In this document: positions 49,159 through 59,462 of the stretch, in pieces
How the letters are laid out: each line of letters starts with the position of its first letter
How positions within the stretch are numbered: position 1 is the first letter of the stretch
Source of the DNA: Parachlamydiales bacterium
GTDB lineage: Bacteria; Chlamydiota; Chlamydiia; Chlamydiales; Rhabdochlamydiaceae
Assembly (NCBI GenBank): GCA_963705295.1
Contig: OY970065.1
Location: 1,728,001-1,792,000, forward strand
Direction of reading: 5' to 3'
DNA: 64,000 nucleotides
Position numbers and translations under genes: made by a program
The notes under the pieces: generated by a model
The model's input: only the letters and a program-made list of their open reading frames with translations
The model's database searches: none
Told to the model about the DNA's origin: nothing

Positions 49159-50574
49159 ATGGCTACTATACAACCTGCAGCGTCTTCTTTACGTACGGTG
49201 AATTTAACTCCAGTCACATCCGCTTCCAACGAGGGAGGGTTTATTGAACTAACACGCAGGCTTCCCGCAGATGAGCTGGCGCTCCTGCATGAGGGATTGT
49301 CGCGCGTGACCGGGGAAGAAGTTCACTCCTTAGTCGTTGCTATGAACCGGGGAGACTGGAAGGCAAAGATCTTTGAGAAGAATAATTATCCCCACATTGC
49401 TTTAAAAGCCTTTCAAATGGGAGAAATTTCTGAAATTCAGTTTGGAACGATCATGTTCTATTGGATGAATTCTAACGGCGAAATTAAAGAGATTCCCCTC
49501 TTCACGGAAACGGGAGATGTTAACCCTGTAGCGAAAGATCTCCTTCGGCAGACTCTTCTTGTCCGACCTTACAAAAGAGACCTTTATAAAAATCTGGAAC
49601 CGGGTACATCCTTTTTAACAGAAAGCCAGCTCAATGATCTTTTGGAAGAGATGCGACATTATCCCCCTTTAGAACGTTATCTTTTTCTCAAAGAAGAGAA
49701 GAAAATCCCAGACATAGTCAAGATTATTCAACAGATTGGGATCAATGTCTTTTATCAGACAGATCAAGGTGTGATCATCCCATCGGCTGCACTCGTTCAA
49801 GCTTTTCTCGATGCGAGATATGGAGAAAAAGGACTCAAGGCCCATTTTGTCCTGGGTTTTTCAACGCCACGAGACATCTCTGAAAGTATCTCAAAAAATA
49901 GGAGGGAGGTTGTCCTCCGTTTTCCAGGAACGACAATCACTGATAGTGCCGATGGAAAGGCTGCCCCAGGATGGGCCATCACATATCACGATATTTATCA
50001 TTTAATCGTTGTTTCTGCACTCGATATCTGGCTCCGTAACTTGTTATTAAAAATCGGAGATTTCTCTCAGAAATATTATGAGCAAAATCCCACCTATAAG
50101 CTTGCACAAAGATTTTACGAACTCATTATTGATATGGAGTACGTCTTTGCACTCGATGAATTTATTTGTCGCAATCCTGGTGCAAAATTAACCACGAAAA
50201 CAAACTTTATTTTCTGGGGCTGCATCACAGGCTCTCTATTGCGAGCAAAAAAAGAAAATTATCTGATAACAGAAGACGATCGACGGTTCATTGAAGCCCT
50301 CATTGCTTTTATCCCTATGGATAGAGCTTATGCGGAAGGCCATTTATTCCACGAGCATGAGCACAGGATTGATGAAACGCTCAAAGAGGTCGAAGAAAAA
50401 CTCAACAATATCGATCCAAATAATATTCTTAGTAGATGGATCGGAGCGACTTATGAACCACAAAGAAAAGCGCTGTTGGATTTAAAAAACAACAATGTCG
50501 ATCGGGTCATCGTCCAAGCTTGGAATCGGCGACTCGAGGAAGAAAAAAGAATGGCGGGTCCTTACACAAGGTAA
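49159..50574 (+). CDS. HDxxH-family paralog 3
   Basis: GFIELTRRLPADEL, YHDIYH, IDMEY. Confidence 0.85.
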   Translation: MATIQPAASSLRTVNLTPVTSASNEGGFIELTRRLPADELALLHEGLSRVTGEEVHSLVVAMNRGDWKAKIFEKNNYPHIALKAFQMGEISEIQFGTIMFYWMNSNGEIKEIPLFTETGDVNPVAKDLLRQTLLVRPYKRDLYKNLEPGTSFLTESQLNDLLEEMRHYPPLERYLFLKEEKKIPDIVKIIQQIGINVFYQTDQGVIIPSAALVQAFLDARYGEKGLKAHFVLGFSTPRDISESISKNRREVVLRFPGTTITDSADGKAAPGWAITYHDIYHLIVVSALDIWLRNLLLKIGDFSQKYYEQNPTYKLAQRFYELIIDMEYVFALDEFICRNPGAKLTTKTNFIFWGCITGSLLRAKKENYLITEDDRRFIEALIAFIPMDRAYAEGHLFHEHEHRIDETLKEVEEKLNNIDPNNILSRWIGATYEPQRKALLDLKNNNVDRVIVQAWNRRLEEEKRMAGPYTR

Positions 50575-50578
50575 AAAT

Positions 50579-52039
50579 ATGGCAACCATACAATCTGTAA
50601 CAGATTCTTTTAGTAGAGCAAGTTTAACTCCGGTGTCTTCACCATCCAACGAGGAAGGGTTTATTGAACTAACACGAAGGCTTCCCGCAGATGAGCTGGC
50701 GCTCCTGCATGAGGGATTGTCGCGCGTCAAAGATCATCAGGTCGATTTGCTCGTCACGGCCATGCAAGGGATGAACTGGCAAGCCGCTGTCTTTCTAGAA
50801 GAAAATTATCCTCATATTGCTTTAAAGGCATTTGAAAGAGGGAGAATCACCGAGGAACAATTTACAACGATCATGTTTTATTGGGTCAACTTTACCAAAG
50901 TGCGGAAACGGGCCCGGATTGTTCCACTTTTTACGGAGACAGGTTGTGTTAATCCTAAAGCTCGAGAACTCATCCGAAGCACACTCACCTTAAGGGAGAT
51001 TAAGCGACCCTTATTGGCAACTTTCATAGCTCAACCTGACCTCACTAAACCTGTTCTGACAGAACAACAACTCGATGATTTATTTGAGAAAATGAGAAAG
51101 CACCCCGCTTCCGCACAATGCATTTTCATCAAAGAAAGAGAAAAAACTCCCGAACTCATCAGTAAAATTCAAGAGCTAGGTTTCAATGTACTCTACGAAA
51201 CAAGTGAGGGACCTATGGTCCCTTCCGCAGAACTTGTCAATACTTACTTACAAGTTAAATACGGGGAAACAAATGCCCTTAAAATAAAAGCGGCCCTGGG
51301 TTTTTCTTCAACGGAGGAGATCGGAGATAGCATTGCAGAAGGCAAGAGGCATTTGGCCCTTCCATTTCCTGGCACCACACTTCCTTCTAAGATAGACGAT
51401 TTCGATGCGCGTGATTATGCAATCAGCTGGCACGACATCTATCATTTACTTTTGATCTCAGCCTTAAGTAAAAAATTTCAGGAGTTGTTTTTAAAAATCG
51501 GCCGTTTTTCTAAAGATTATTTCGAAAAGCATGGCCTCATATTCGCAGCTAAGTTTTATGAATTGATGATCGATATGGAATTCCCCATCGCTCAAGAAGA
51601 TCTGCTAAAGTTAGCCTTCGAAAAAGTTGATCCTGATAAGAAAATGAACTATATATTTTGGACGGCTATTATAGGTAATTTTCAAAGGGCAAAAAGGTCA
51701 CAACTCGGTCCATATGATAAATTATTTAATCCTTTCATTGAAGTTTTAAACTCGCCTGAAGAGAGAAAATTCATAGAAGCTCTTCTTAGCTTCATTCCCC
51801 TAGATAAAGAATACAATGAGGGACGGAGGAAAGAACTCGATGAGCTGGATGAAAATCTTAACAAGAGCATAGCCGCGTTTGACATCCAATTTAAAGATGT
51901 ACCCGAAGATTGTGTGAGTAATCAAGATCCAAGACCTTTCTTCCAAGCCGTAAAGGAAGCTCATTTCTACCGTTTTCTCTACGATACGTGGAATCAACGT
52001 GTTACTTCCGACGCAAAACACCTAACCGAACGAACATGA
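50579..52039 (+). CDS. HDxxH-family paralog 4
   Basis: Start reassigned to ATG 50579 (MATIQS); WHDIYH, IDMEF. Confidence 0.85.
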   Translation: MATIQSVTDSFSRASLTPVSSPSNEEGFIELTRRLPADELALLHEGLSRVKDHQVDLLVTAMQGMNWQAAVFLEENYPHIALKAFERGRITEEQFTTIMFYWVNFTKVRKRARIVPLFTETGCVNPKARELIRSTLTLREIKRPLLATFIAQPDLTKPVLTEQQLDDLFEKMRKHPASAQCIFIKEREKTPELISKIQELGFNVLYETSEGPMVPSAELVNTYLQVKYGETNALKIKAALGFSSTEEIGDSIAEGKRHLALPFPGTTLPSKIDDFDARDYAISWHDIYHLLLISALSKKFQELFLKIGRFSKDYFEKHGLIFAAKFYELMIDMEFPIAQEDLLKLAFEKVDPDKKMNYIFWTAIIGNFQRAKRSQLGPYDKLFNPFIEVLNSPEERKFIEALLSFIPLDKEYNEGRRKELDELDENLNKSIAAFDIQFKDVPEDCVSNQDPRPFFQAVKEAHFYRFLYDTWNQRVTSDAKHLTERT

Positions 52040-53831
52040 GTCTTTTAAAGATGTGCTTCGTTTTTTCAGGATTCGTTGGATCGATAAACCTTTCAATAAG
52101 ATCTTCTTTTTGAGTGGGAGTTATTTTCATCGAATGGATCAGTGCGGGAATGTAAGTTCCAAAATAAATTTCTCCATTATAAGTGACGGCTCCGTCTAAA
52201 TTTTGTATGTAATCGTTATAGATTTCGGGCATTGACTTGGATAAGTTAAATGTAGCGAACACAATCTCAAAAAGAGAAACAAGATCTCGTTCATAAGTCG
52301 TGAGCGGGACAAATCCTAAACCGCCCCAACCTTTATAACTCTCAAATATATGAAGATTGGACAACATGGAAGAAGAGAATTGTTGCGCGAAGCCGCCTGT
52401 TTGTTGTCGATACCATTCACTCATAGCTCCATACACAGCTTCAATGGGCGCCAGCCGCCAAAGCTCCAAAGTCCTTAAAATTTTGAACTCGTAGACCTTG
52501 AGGGGATCTCCAGAAAGGCCAATTGTTTCGAATTCATCCAATAGTTTCCCCATTGTACGTCTAATCTCGATGGCGCAGTAGTTACCCCCTTCAATACTGA
52601 GTTGTAATAAAGCATCCTCTACATGCGTTTTGTCTTTACACGTGATAAGATGGGGTATAAGTCTCGAACATTTGGAAATCGCCTCTTCTAAAACCCTTTC
52701 ATCCCCCTCTACAGGTTTCTCTCGTTTTAAAATGGCAACTAAATCTGCCATTTGTCTTCGGGTCCAATGAGCTAAAAATCTTTCTGTCGAGAGTCCGTTT
52801 GTGAGGTTTTGAAGATCTCTTTGAAAATCGTTTTGGACCGGGACACCTTTTTTTTCCAACTGGGTTCGCATAAAAGCTCTAAATCGGGTGTCATCTTTTA
52901 ACTTGGGAAGAAGAAGAGAGGTTTTTTTTGTCCAATCGATTCGGTCGAATAAAACCAATAATTTTTGAAAATCTCTATCACAAGGCAAATGATCACCGAG
53001 AATAGGTTTGGAACAATGGGCAGGGTTTATTTCGTACTCTTCATCTCTCCCACCCAGAATTTCTAGAATTTGAGCGGCAGTAAACTCTCTATTTTTAACC
53101 CAGTCTGCATCGATGTCTGAAAGAGCAATTCCTTTTTCCCAACCAAAAAGATAGCGGGCGAAACAACTAACCTGATTTTGTACATAGAAATTCAATGGAC
53201 GATAGTGGGTTATAACTTTATAGAAATTGATCAAACGACTGATAAAGACACCTTGGACAATAAAGGTCATTTTTGCAAGCAATGGCAAATACATATCACT
53301 ATAAATCCTCACCCTGCGAAACATGAAGAAATGCCGTATTGCAATTTCGGAAATACACGCGGTGATGATCCCCAGTCCATAGAGATAGTTTCTAGAGCCT
53401 AGGATAGAAATTGCCGCAAAGAAAGCGGTGATACGAATACCCTTGTTTAAATTTTTTGAGACAAAGGTTGTCATGTTTAATGTCGATGGACTCAATCTTC
53501 TCGGAACCGTTACGAATTTCCACCTCGCAAGCCGTTGATTCCATTGCAGTGCCATCGCCTCGTAATATCCCTCATGGATGAGATGAGAAACCGGCAAGGC
53601 TATATGACACACAGGAACGACATTGCACAAGATATGGAGAGGAATTTTTATCCAAGGTGGATATTTTTCAGCTGCAAGAAAAATGATATTTGCAAGAGTA
53701 GTGACTTGCGAAGCCTGAATCATCGAAGCAAGGAATAAACCGTGTTCTCCTTGTTTGAACTCATCGATCCCATGTTGGATGTGCATGAATTCATAACCCA
53801 AAGCAAATCCATTGATGAATTGCATCACCAT
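52002..53831 (-). CDS. Hypothetical protein: N-terminal TM region plus helical domain
   Basis: 609-aa ORF coupled to 53825-55171; LQLSIEGGNYC motif. Confidence 0.75.
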   Translation of the reverse strand: MVMQFINGFALGYEFMHIQHGIDEFKQGEHGLFLASMIQASQVTTLANIIFLAAEKYPPWIKIPLHILCNVVPVCHIALPVSHLIHEGYYEAMALQWNQRLARWKFVTVPRRLSPSTLNMTTFVSKNLNKGIRITAFFAAISILGSRNYLYGLGIITACISEIAIRHFFMFRRVRIYSDMYLPLLAKMTFIVQGVFISRLINFYKVITHYRPLNFYVQNQVSCFARYLFGWEKGIALSDIDADWVKNREFTAAQILEILGGRDEEYEINPAHCSKPILGDHLPCDRDFQKLLVLFDRIDWTKKTSLLLPKLKDDTRFRAFMRTQLEKKGVPVQNDFQRDLQNLTNGLSTERFLAHWTRRQMADLVAILKREKPVEGDERVLEEAISKCSRLIPHLITCKDKTHVEDALLQLSIEGGNYCAIEIRRTMGKLLDEFETIGLSGDPLKVYEFKILRTLELWRLAPIEAVYGAMSEWYRQQTGGFAQQFSSSMLSNLHIFESYKGWGGLGFVPLTTYERDLVSLFEIVFATFNLSKSMPEIYNDYIQNLDGAVTYNGEIYFGTYIPALIHSMKITPTQKEDLIERFIDPTNPEKTKHIFKRLMFVRLGVLRRK

Positions 53832-55171
53832 AACAATTCCGCGGTCACTTCTTTGCCAACAAAAATGTCGAACTCTTGGATCATACCTCGCCGTCGAATG
53901 TACTCCATAAAGGCATCGAGAGTTTCTTGGTCGGGAACGATCATTTTGATAGGTCTGGCGGCTTCTTTGATCATGACTTCATTTTCTTGGACGAAAGTGT
54001 TTTGGAGTTTTTCTGTGAATTGGAGAATGGAAGGGCGTTCGAGATAATCGTTCCACGTCGGATCTTTTGCATCCGGATCGTTGGAGGTGGTTTCGAATTG
54101 AGGATTTCGAAATCCATAAAACGCGTCGTAATATTGATATGTTCCCATTTCCAAGGCAGTGAGGGGAATCAAAAAGCGGATGAGACTAAAATAACCGAAA
54201 TCAATCAAAGGCCGTTTTTCTTGGACATCCCGCTCCGTCACAAGTTGCGCCCAGACGCAATCATCGCTTCCTGCCGTTGCATAAAACCGGTAAATCGATG
54301 CCATTTCAGGCCTCAGAGAAGGGGCTAAAAATCCCATTTTCCAGATCGTGAGAGCATCTTCGAAATTTTTATCATTATTGGCCGGATCGTGCCGACCAAT
54401 GGCCGTGATGAGCGCGCGACCACCGGCTGCATAGACCTCTTTAGCCAATCCAGGAATCGCATATCGTTTTTTACCGGGCAGAAGATCGCGCGCTTCCATC
54501 TTGGATAGATACTTTTCGAAAATCTGTTGCATGGTGGGCGACTTTCGAATGATTGCTTCTTTAAGCTCAACGATGGGCATAGCATAAAAAGCAGAGGTAT
54601 TTTCTAAAAAAGTCGCTTCTCGCGGATGAAAAGCACGGAAAAGCATTCCGACCTTCAGTCGCTCGATATCCTCCGCCGATGATGGCTCGATCGCATCTTC
54701 GAGCTCGACATAGGACAAAAGCTTGCTCACCTCAGGCAATGTTCTACTCGAATCGAACTGAACAATCACCCTGTCGAAAAAGTTAGGATATTCCCGATCG
54801 GCTCCGATACAAATTGTCCCCAGCCCTTCAAAGCTCATTTTGTAAGCCATAATATGTTCGCTGGGAGCCCTAGGGTCAATCTCCTTAAAAGGGACTTCCT
54901 CCTTTGGAAGGTTTTCCAAAATCGAGACAAGCCGATTTCGAAAAACATGCGTCACCAAAAAGCTCAGCTCAATCATGTCTCGATCGATCTTCGCCTGAAC
55001 ATTCATCCCATCGACTTTTCCCTTCCCAACTCCATGGAAAAAAGCTCCAAAGTCGTGCTTCTTGCCCGAAGCATCTTCCAAAACCACCCGGTTCTGCTCA
55101 ATTTTTTCCTTAAAAGGATAGAGGTGTTCTCCCACCAGGACAGAGCTTTCCCGTATCGATTCGACTGACAT
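53825..55171 (-). CDS. Uncharacterised effector-like protein, paralog of 22399-23829
   Basis: Shared motifs along the whole length except the N-terminus. Confidence 0.8.
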   Translation of the reverse strand: MSVESIRESSVLVGEHLYPFKEKIEQNRVVLEDASGKKHDFGAFFHGVGKGKVDGMNVQAKIDRDMIELSFLVTHVFRNRLVSILENLPKEEVPFKEIDPRAPSEHIMAYKMSFEGLGTICIGADREYPNFFDRVIVQFDSSRTLPEVSKLLSYVELEDAIEPSSAEDIERLKVGMLFRAFHPREATFLENTSAFYAMPIVELKEAIIRKSPTMQQIFEKYLSKMEARDLLPGKKRYAIPGLAKEVYAAGGRALITAIGRHDPANNDKNFEDALTIWKMGFLAPSLRPEMASIYRFYATAGSDDCVWAQLVTERDVQEKRPLIDFGYFSLIRFLIPLTALEMGTYQYYDAFYGFRNPQFETTSNDPDAKDPTWNDYLERPSILQFTEKLQNTFVQENEVMIKEAARPIKMIVPDQETLDAFMEYIRRRGMIQEFDIFVGKEVTAELLW

Positions 55172-55375
55172 AGGGGCAAAAGGATACCAAAAACTCTAGC
55201 GATATTCGATCAAAATAATTCTTTTGAAATTCAACCGTTACGAAGATTTCACGCAAAGACGCGCAAGACGCGAAGACGCAATTTTTTTCTTTTTTTAGGT
55301 TGACGCAACAGTAGCAAAACAGTCATCACTAAAGTATTGCATTTTGGGGCAGCGGGGGACTTGTCACCCGACTGT

Positions 55376-56548
55376 CTATTTTATTTCTACCAAAGTATCT
55401 TCAATGCCGCCGGTGACTTCGATGGTGTGGTTTTCGAGGATGAAGACATCGTATTCGAGGCGGACGCCAAATTCGGTGGGGAGGTAGATGCCGGGCTCGA
55501 TAGAGAAGCAGGTGCGGGGGATGAGGGGTCTTTCGTCGAGGGTTTCGTAGCTGTCGATATTGGCACCGGGGCCGTGGTCTTCTTCATGGATATTGTGGCC
55601 GGTTCGGTGGGTGAAAAAATCTCCGTAGCCGGCGTCTAGGATGACTTTGCGGCAGACTTGATCGACTTCGTATCCTTTGACCTCTTCTCTGTGCTCGATT
55701 TTTTGCTGGACAAAGTCGGTGGCGGTCTTTTGGGCATTGCGGACAATTTGGAAGATTTCGAGGTGGCGGGGTGATGGTTGTCCGGCAACGGCAACACGGG
55801 TGATGTCGGCATAGACGGCGTGAGGAAGAGTTCGCTTGCACCAGAGATCGATGAGGATGAAATCCCCTTTTTTCACAAGGAGAGCAGAAGACGGCTCGGG
55901 ATTATAGTGGGGATTGGCGCTGTTTTGATTCACGCCGCAGATCGGAAGGGAATCGGAGGTGCAGCCCCCTTTTTTGATTTCACTGAAGATGAATTGCTGC
56001 ACATCGTATTCGGTGATCTTGCCGAGATTGTTGCCGATCCACTCCCAGGTTTTGGCTGCGGTCTTATCGAGAACATCGGCAGCTTCTTTATGGAGCTTGT
56101 ATTGTTCATCGGTGAAGCGGCAAATAAAGTATTGAAGAAACGGCGCAGAGCTGACGACTTTAACCCCTTGTTCGCGGACGAGATCGAGCATCCCTCCATC
56201 GACTCTGGACATGGTCGGGATAGCACCTCGTGGGGAATATTCCATGGCGACGGTTTTGTAATTTTTGAGAATCTCTTTTAAGTCTGATTCAAAGACGGTT
56301 CTTGCAGAATAGACGAGTTTTTTTCCTGGGAGGTGTTTGAAGATATGGGTTTCGACGGCGTGGATGAGGGCTATGGGCTCGCCGGTTTTAGGGATGAAAT
56401 AACAAAATCTACGGGTGAGCATCGTTTCAGGAGGAATGCCAAGAAAATCGCAGGCGAGTGGATTGATTCGGTGGAAATCATAGAGAAGCCATCCATCGAT
56501 GTTTTTTTCTTGGAGAATCTTCTGAACTTCTTTTAGTTGCATAGACAT
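55376..56548 (-). CDS. M24 family (Xaa-Pro) aminopeptidase
   Basis: LIDLW, YADITR, HRTGH, SIEPGIY, GVRLE. Confidence 0.93.
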   Translation of the reverse strand: MSMQLKEVQKILQEKNIDGWLLYDFHRINPLACDFLGIPPETMLTRRFCYFIPKTGEPIALIHAVETHIFKHLPGKKLVYSARTVFESDLKEILKNYKTVAMEYSPRGAIPTMSRVDGGMLDLVREQGVKVVSSAPFLQYFICRFTDEQYKLHKEAADVLDKTAAKTWEWIGNNLGKITEYDVQQFIFSEIKKGGCTSDSLPICGVNQNSANPHYNPEPSSALLVKKGDFILIDLWCKRTLPHAVYADITRVAVAGQPSPRHLEIFQIVRNAQKTATDFVQQKIEHREEVKGYEVDQVCRKVILDAGYGDFFTHRTGHNIHEEDHGPGANIDSYETLDERPLIPRTCFSIEPGIYLPTEFGVRLEYDVFILENHTIEVTGGIEDTLVEIK

Positions 56549-58200
56549 TGAATTATAGCAGAGGCTGCGACCACTCGCAAGAGTTGAAAAGGCTCGTTTA
56601 AAATATCGACGAGGAAAGGAATCGATTCCATACTGCCGACATGGCCGATCGCTTCAAGAATCTGAATTTTCATCTCACGGTTCATGTGGGGATAGACCTC
56701 GGTTAGAACTTTCAACGCTTCAGGGTCACGACCTACCATGGCCAAGAGAAAAGCAGCTTGCACACGGACTTCGGCATCTTCATCTTTCAGAAGCTGCCGG
56801 ATGATCACCATCGCCTCTTCATCCCCCTCTTCTAATAAAACAGAAATAGCCGCTCCTGTGATGCCCCAGGTTTCATTCTTCACAAACCCTTTAATGGCTT
56901 CTTGAGCTTTGGGGTATTGCAAAATGCACAAAATATTCAGAAGATCGAGTCTGACTTTTTGATCGATGACCTTGGGATAGTTGGGTATTTGTTCGATATG
57001 ACTCACAAGGCTCGGCGCGAGCATCCGTAATTGAAAATTGTCATCCCACATCAAATAGGTTTCGTGGTCCTTTTCTAAAAATTGGCTCAGGGTTGTGCAC
57101 GCTTTTTCAACTTCCGCCCTCTGTCCAATCAGACCCATGGCTAAATTCACTCTGACAAACGGATCTTCATTTTTTTCCATCTCTTGGATCATGAGAGGAA
57201 ATGCCGATTTTCCACAGCTACTGAGCGTGACAGCCGCCACGAGTCGCCACCGAGGATGGATGTCTTTCAACCATATGCCTAAATTTTCAATTCCTTTATC
57301 TATGCCTTGAAGAGCGGAGACCCAACACGCGGTGATGGCAACAAGGGGCGAAGAGTCTTCCATGAGAGTTTCGAGTTTTTTTTCAGAAATACGGAATTTT
57401 AAGAGTCCAATTGTTCTCAGGGCATGTGCCCTGACATCGGGAGAAGAGTCTTGTAGGAGAGGCATTAATTCTTTGAGATGGCCATGCAAGTCAAAATAGC
57501 TGATCAGTTCACAACCGAGCTCGCGCAGGCCTGCCCTGTTGCTTTTTAAAAGTTCGCTCAAGTCTTCGGGACGAACAGCATCGTACATCTGAACTAAAGC
57601 CAAAATGGCATGGGCTTTTTCTTCTGTGAGGGTTTTTTTGTTCCCAATGATCTCTTTCAGGGATTCTCTCACCGATTGCATTCTCAGCTTTCCGATCGCC
57701 TGCAACACCTCGAGGCGGACAAACCAAACCTTTTCTTCGACGAGTAGTCTTTTGAGTTCATCTTGAAGAGGTCCATCTCCATAGTGGGCGGCAAATCGAA
57801 TGGCCAAGAGCCGAAATAGCGCATTCGTCCCTCGCATCGCCTGAATGAGCATCGGTACTGCCCGGACATCGCGGGTTAAAGCCGAGCCTATGAGTGCATT
57901 GAAGTGGATATTGAGCTGCGATGAATGGTCCCCTTTTTTTAGCACTCCCCAAGCAAGAATCTCGAGAGCCCGCCGATTTTTTACGAGCTCATCTTTTTTG
58001 CCCATCCATTTTTGGAGTGCGATGGCTTCATCGCCTCTCTCTGTCAAAGCTTGGAGATAGGCTAGCTGAAGATCGCTCGACTCGGGATAGAGTTGTAATA
58101 ACTTTTCTGCTTCTTTGACAGCAGAGTTCGGATCGTGCACCAAGAGATGGGCATAGACACGCCTGACCGCCTCGGCTTCATCAGCGCCAAGAGATGTCAT
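56533..58200 (-). CDS. HEAT-repeat protein
   Basis: LLQDSSPDVRAHAL, LKDEDAEVRVQAA repeats; start uncertain. Confidence 0.88.
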   Translation of the reverse strand: MTSLGADEAEAVRRVYAHLLVHDPNSAVKEAEKLLQLYPESSDLQLAYLQALTERGDEAIALQKWMGKKDELVKNRRALEILAWGVLKKGDHSSQLNIHFNALIGSALTRDVRAVPMLIQAMRGTNALFRLLAIRFAAHYGDGPLQDELKRLLVEEKVWFVRLEVLQAIGKLRMQSVRESLKEIIGNKKTLTEEKAHAILALVQMYDAVRPEDLSELLKSNRAGLRELGCELISYFDLHGHLKELMPLLQDSSPDVRAHALRTIGLLKFRISEKKLETLMEDSSPLVAITACWVSALQGIDKGIENLGIWLKDIHPRWRLVAAVTLSSCGKSAFPLMIQEMEKNEDPFVRVNLAMGLIGQRAEVEKACTTLSQFLEKDHETYLMWDDNFQLRMLAPSLVSHIEQIPNYPKVIDQKVRLDLLNILCILQYPKAQEAIKGFVKNETWGITGAAISVLLEEGDEEAMVIIRQLLKDEDAEVRVQAAFLLAMVGRDPEALKVLTEVYPHMNREMKIQILEAIGHVGSMESIPFLVDILNEPFQLLRVVAASAIIQCLCN

Positions 58201-58223
58201 CCATAAGACGAGTAAAATCCACT

Positions 58224-58559
58224 TTAAGCCAGATGTGATAGCCGACGTCCTCCGATCAGATGAAAATGGAGATGAAAGATCGTTTGCCCCGCTTCTTCCC
58301 CACTATTGGTGAGAAAACGGTATCCATCGGTGATTTCGAACTCTTCCGCTAGTTTCTGTGCTAACGTGATAATCTCCTCAATCAAAGGGAAATCTTCGGG
58401 CTGCAGGGCCTGCAGATTCGGAATTTCTTTTTTGGGCATGATCAAAATGTGGACGGGTGCTGCAGGAAACCTATCTTTGATGGCCAAAATTCTTTCATTT
58501 TCAAAAACTTTTTCCGAGGGAAGTTCGCCACGGATAATCTTTCCAAAAATCGTTGTCAT
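58224..58559 (-). CDS. HIT family nucleotide-binding protein
   Basis: TIFGKII, AGQTIFHLHFHLIGG. Confidence 0.95.
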   Translation of the reverse strand: MTTIFGKIIRGELPSEKVFENERILAIKDRFPAAPVHILIMPKKEIPNLQALQPEDFPLIEEIITLAQKLAEEFEITDGYRFLTNSGEEAGQTIFHLHFHLIGGRRLSHLA

Positions 58560-59422
58560 GTGTCCCTCAAAATTTTGTCTGCAGCTCTCAAGGCGTCTTC
58601 CTTCGTTTCCCAGACGGAGATAAATCTCCCTTTATGGCAGAAAATGGCTCCAGGAATACCGGTTACTTTTTTAAGCTCTCCATCCATCAGGCCGGCCCAC
58701 TCTGCTGGAAGGGGTTTTCGGACTTTCATCCGATCTTGCGGATTGGGAGGGATTCCTCGGAGCTTCCAGTGAGAGCCAGACGGCATGATCACAAACAAAG
58801 CCGGATGATGCTCTCCCCCATTATCAAAAAAGACATCCATCCACGGCATCGCTTTATCAAAAATGAGGAGTTTTCCTCCCGTTTGCATCGCGCGGGTCAC
58901 AGCCTCTCGACACTCTTCGATATAGTGATACCTTGCCACGAGCCGTTTTAAATGGCCAAATGCAAAATCAAGGGCTTCAAAGAACGCCTTTTGCATCTCT
59001 TCTGAAGAGACTTCATAATCGGGTGGGACAAAATTGCTGATCACCTGGGAAAAAGTGCAAACCCCCGGCTCAAAAATGACCCGCCCTGTGTCGTGCGCAT
59101 CGACACCTCCAATCAACGACCGATTAAGGAAATCGTAGATTTTTTCATCGATCACACCTTGGTCTTTTAGGTAGAGCAAAACCATCCCTGCGCTGCTGAG
59201 ATCGCCTTGGTAATCGAGCTGATGATGATCGAACCGTTTCAGCCCGGGATCGTAAATCCCTCCCACATCGCACACGTATTCGCACTTTTCAAGAACAGAA
59301 GGTGATCTGGATCTAACAATTTTATCCCGATCAATTTTATCAAAAACTTCAAGGAGTGCACAGGCAGTCACCTCATCGGCATGAAAGGTTCCATCATGTG
59401 TTCCGCACGATCTAGTTATCAT
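58556..59422 (-). CDS. MYG1 (UPF0160) family protein
   Basis: GTHDGTFHADE, DVGG, FDHHQ, LSSAG, FCHKGRF. Confidence 0.93.
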   Translation of the reverse strand: MITRSCGTHDGTFHADEVTACALLEVFDKIDRDKIVRSRSPSVLEKCEYVCDVGGIYDPGLKRFDHHQLDYQGDLSSAGMVLLYLKDQGVIDEKIYDFLNRSLIGGVDAHDTGRVIFEPGVCTFSQVISNFVPPDYEVSSEEMQKAFFEALDFAFGHLKRLVARYHYIEECREAVTRAMQTGGKLLIFDKAMPWMDVFFDNGGEHHPALFVIMPSGSHWKLRGIPPNPQDRMKVRKPLPAEWAGLMDGELKKVTGIPGAIFCHKGRFISVWETKEDALRAADKILRDT

Positions 59423-59462
59423 AGCATTCCATTATAACATTAAATGCACTACATTTGGCAAG

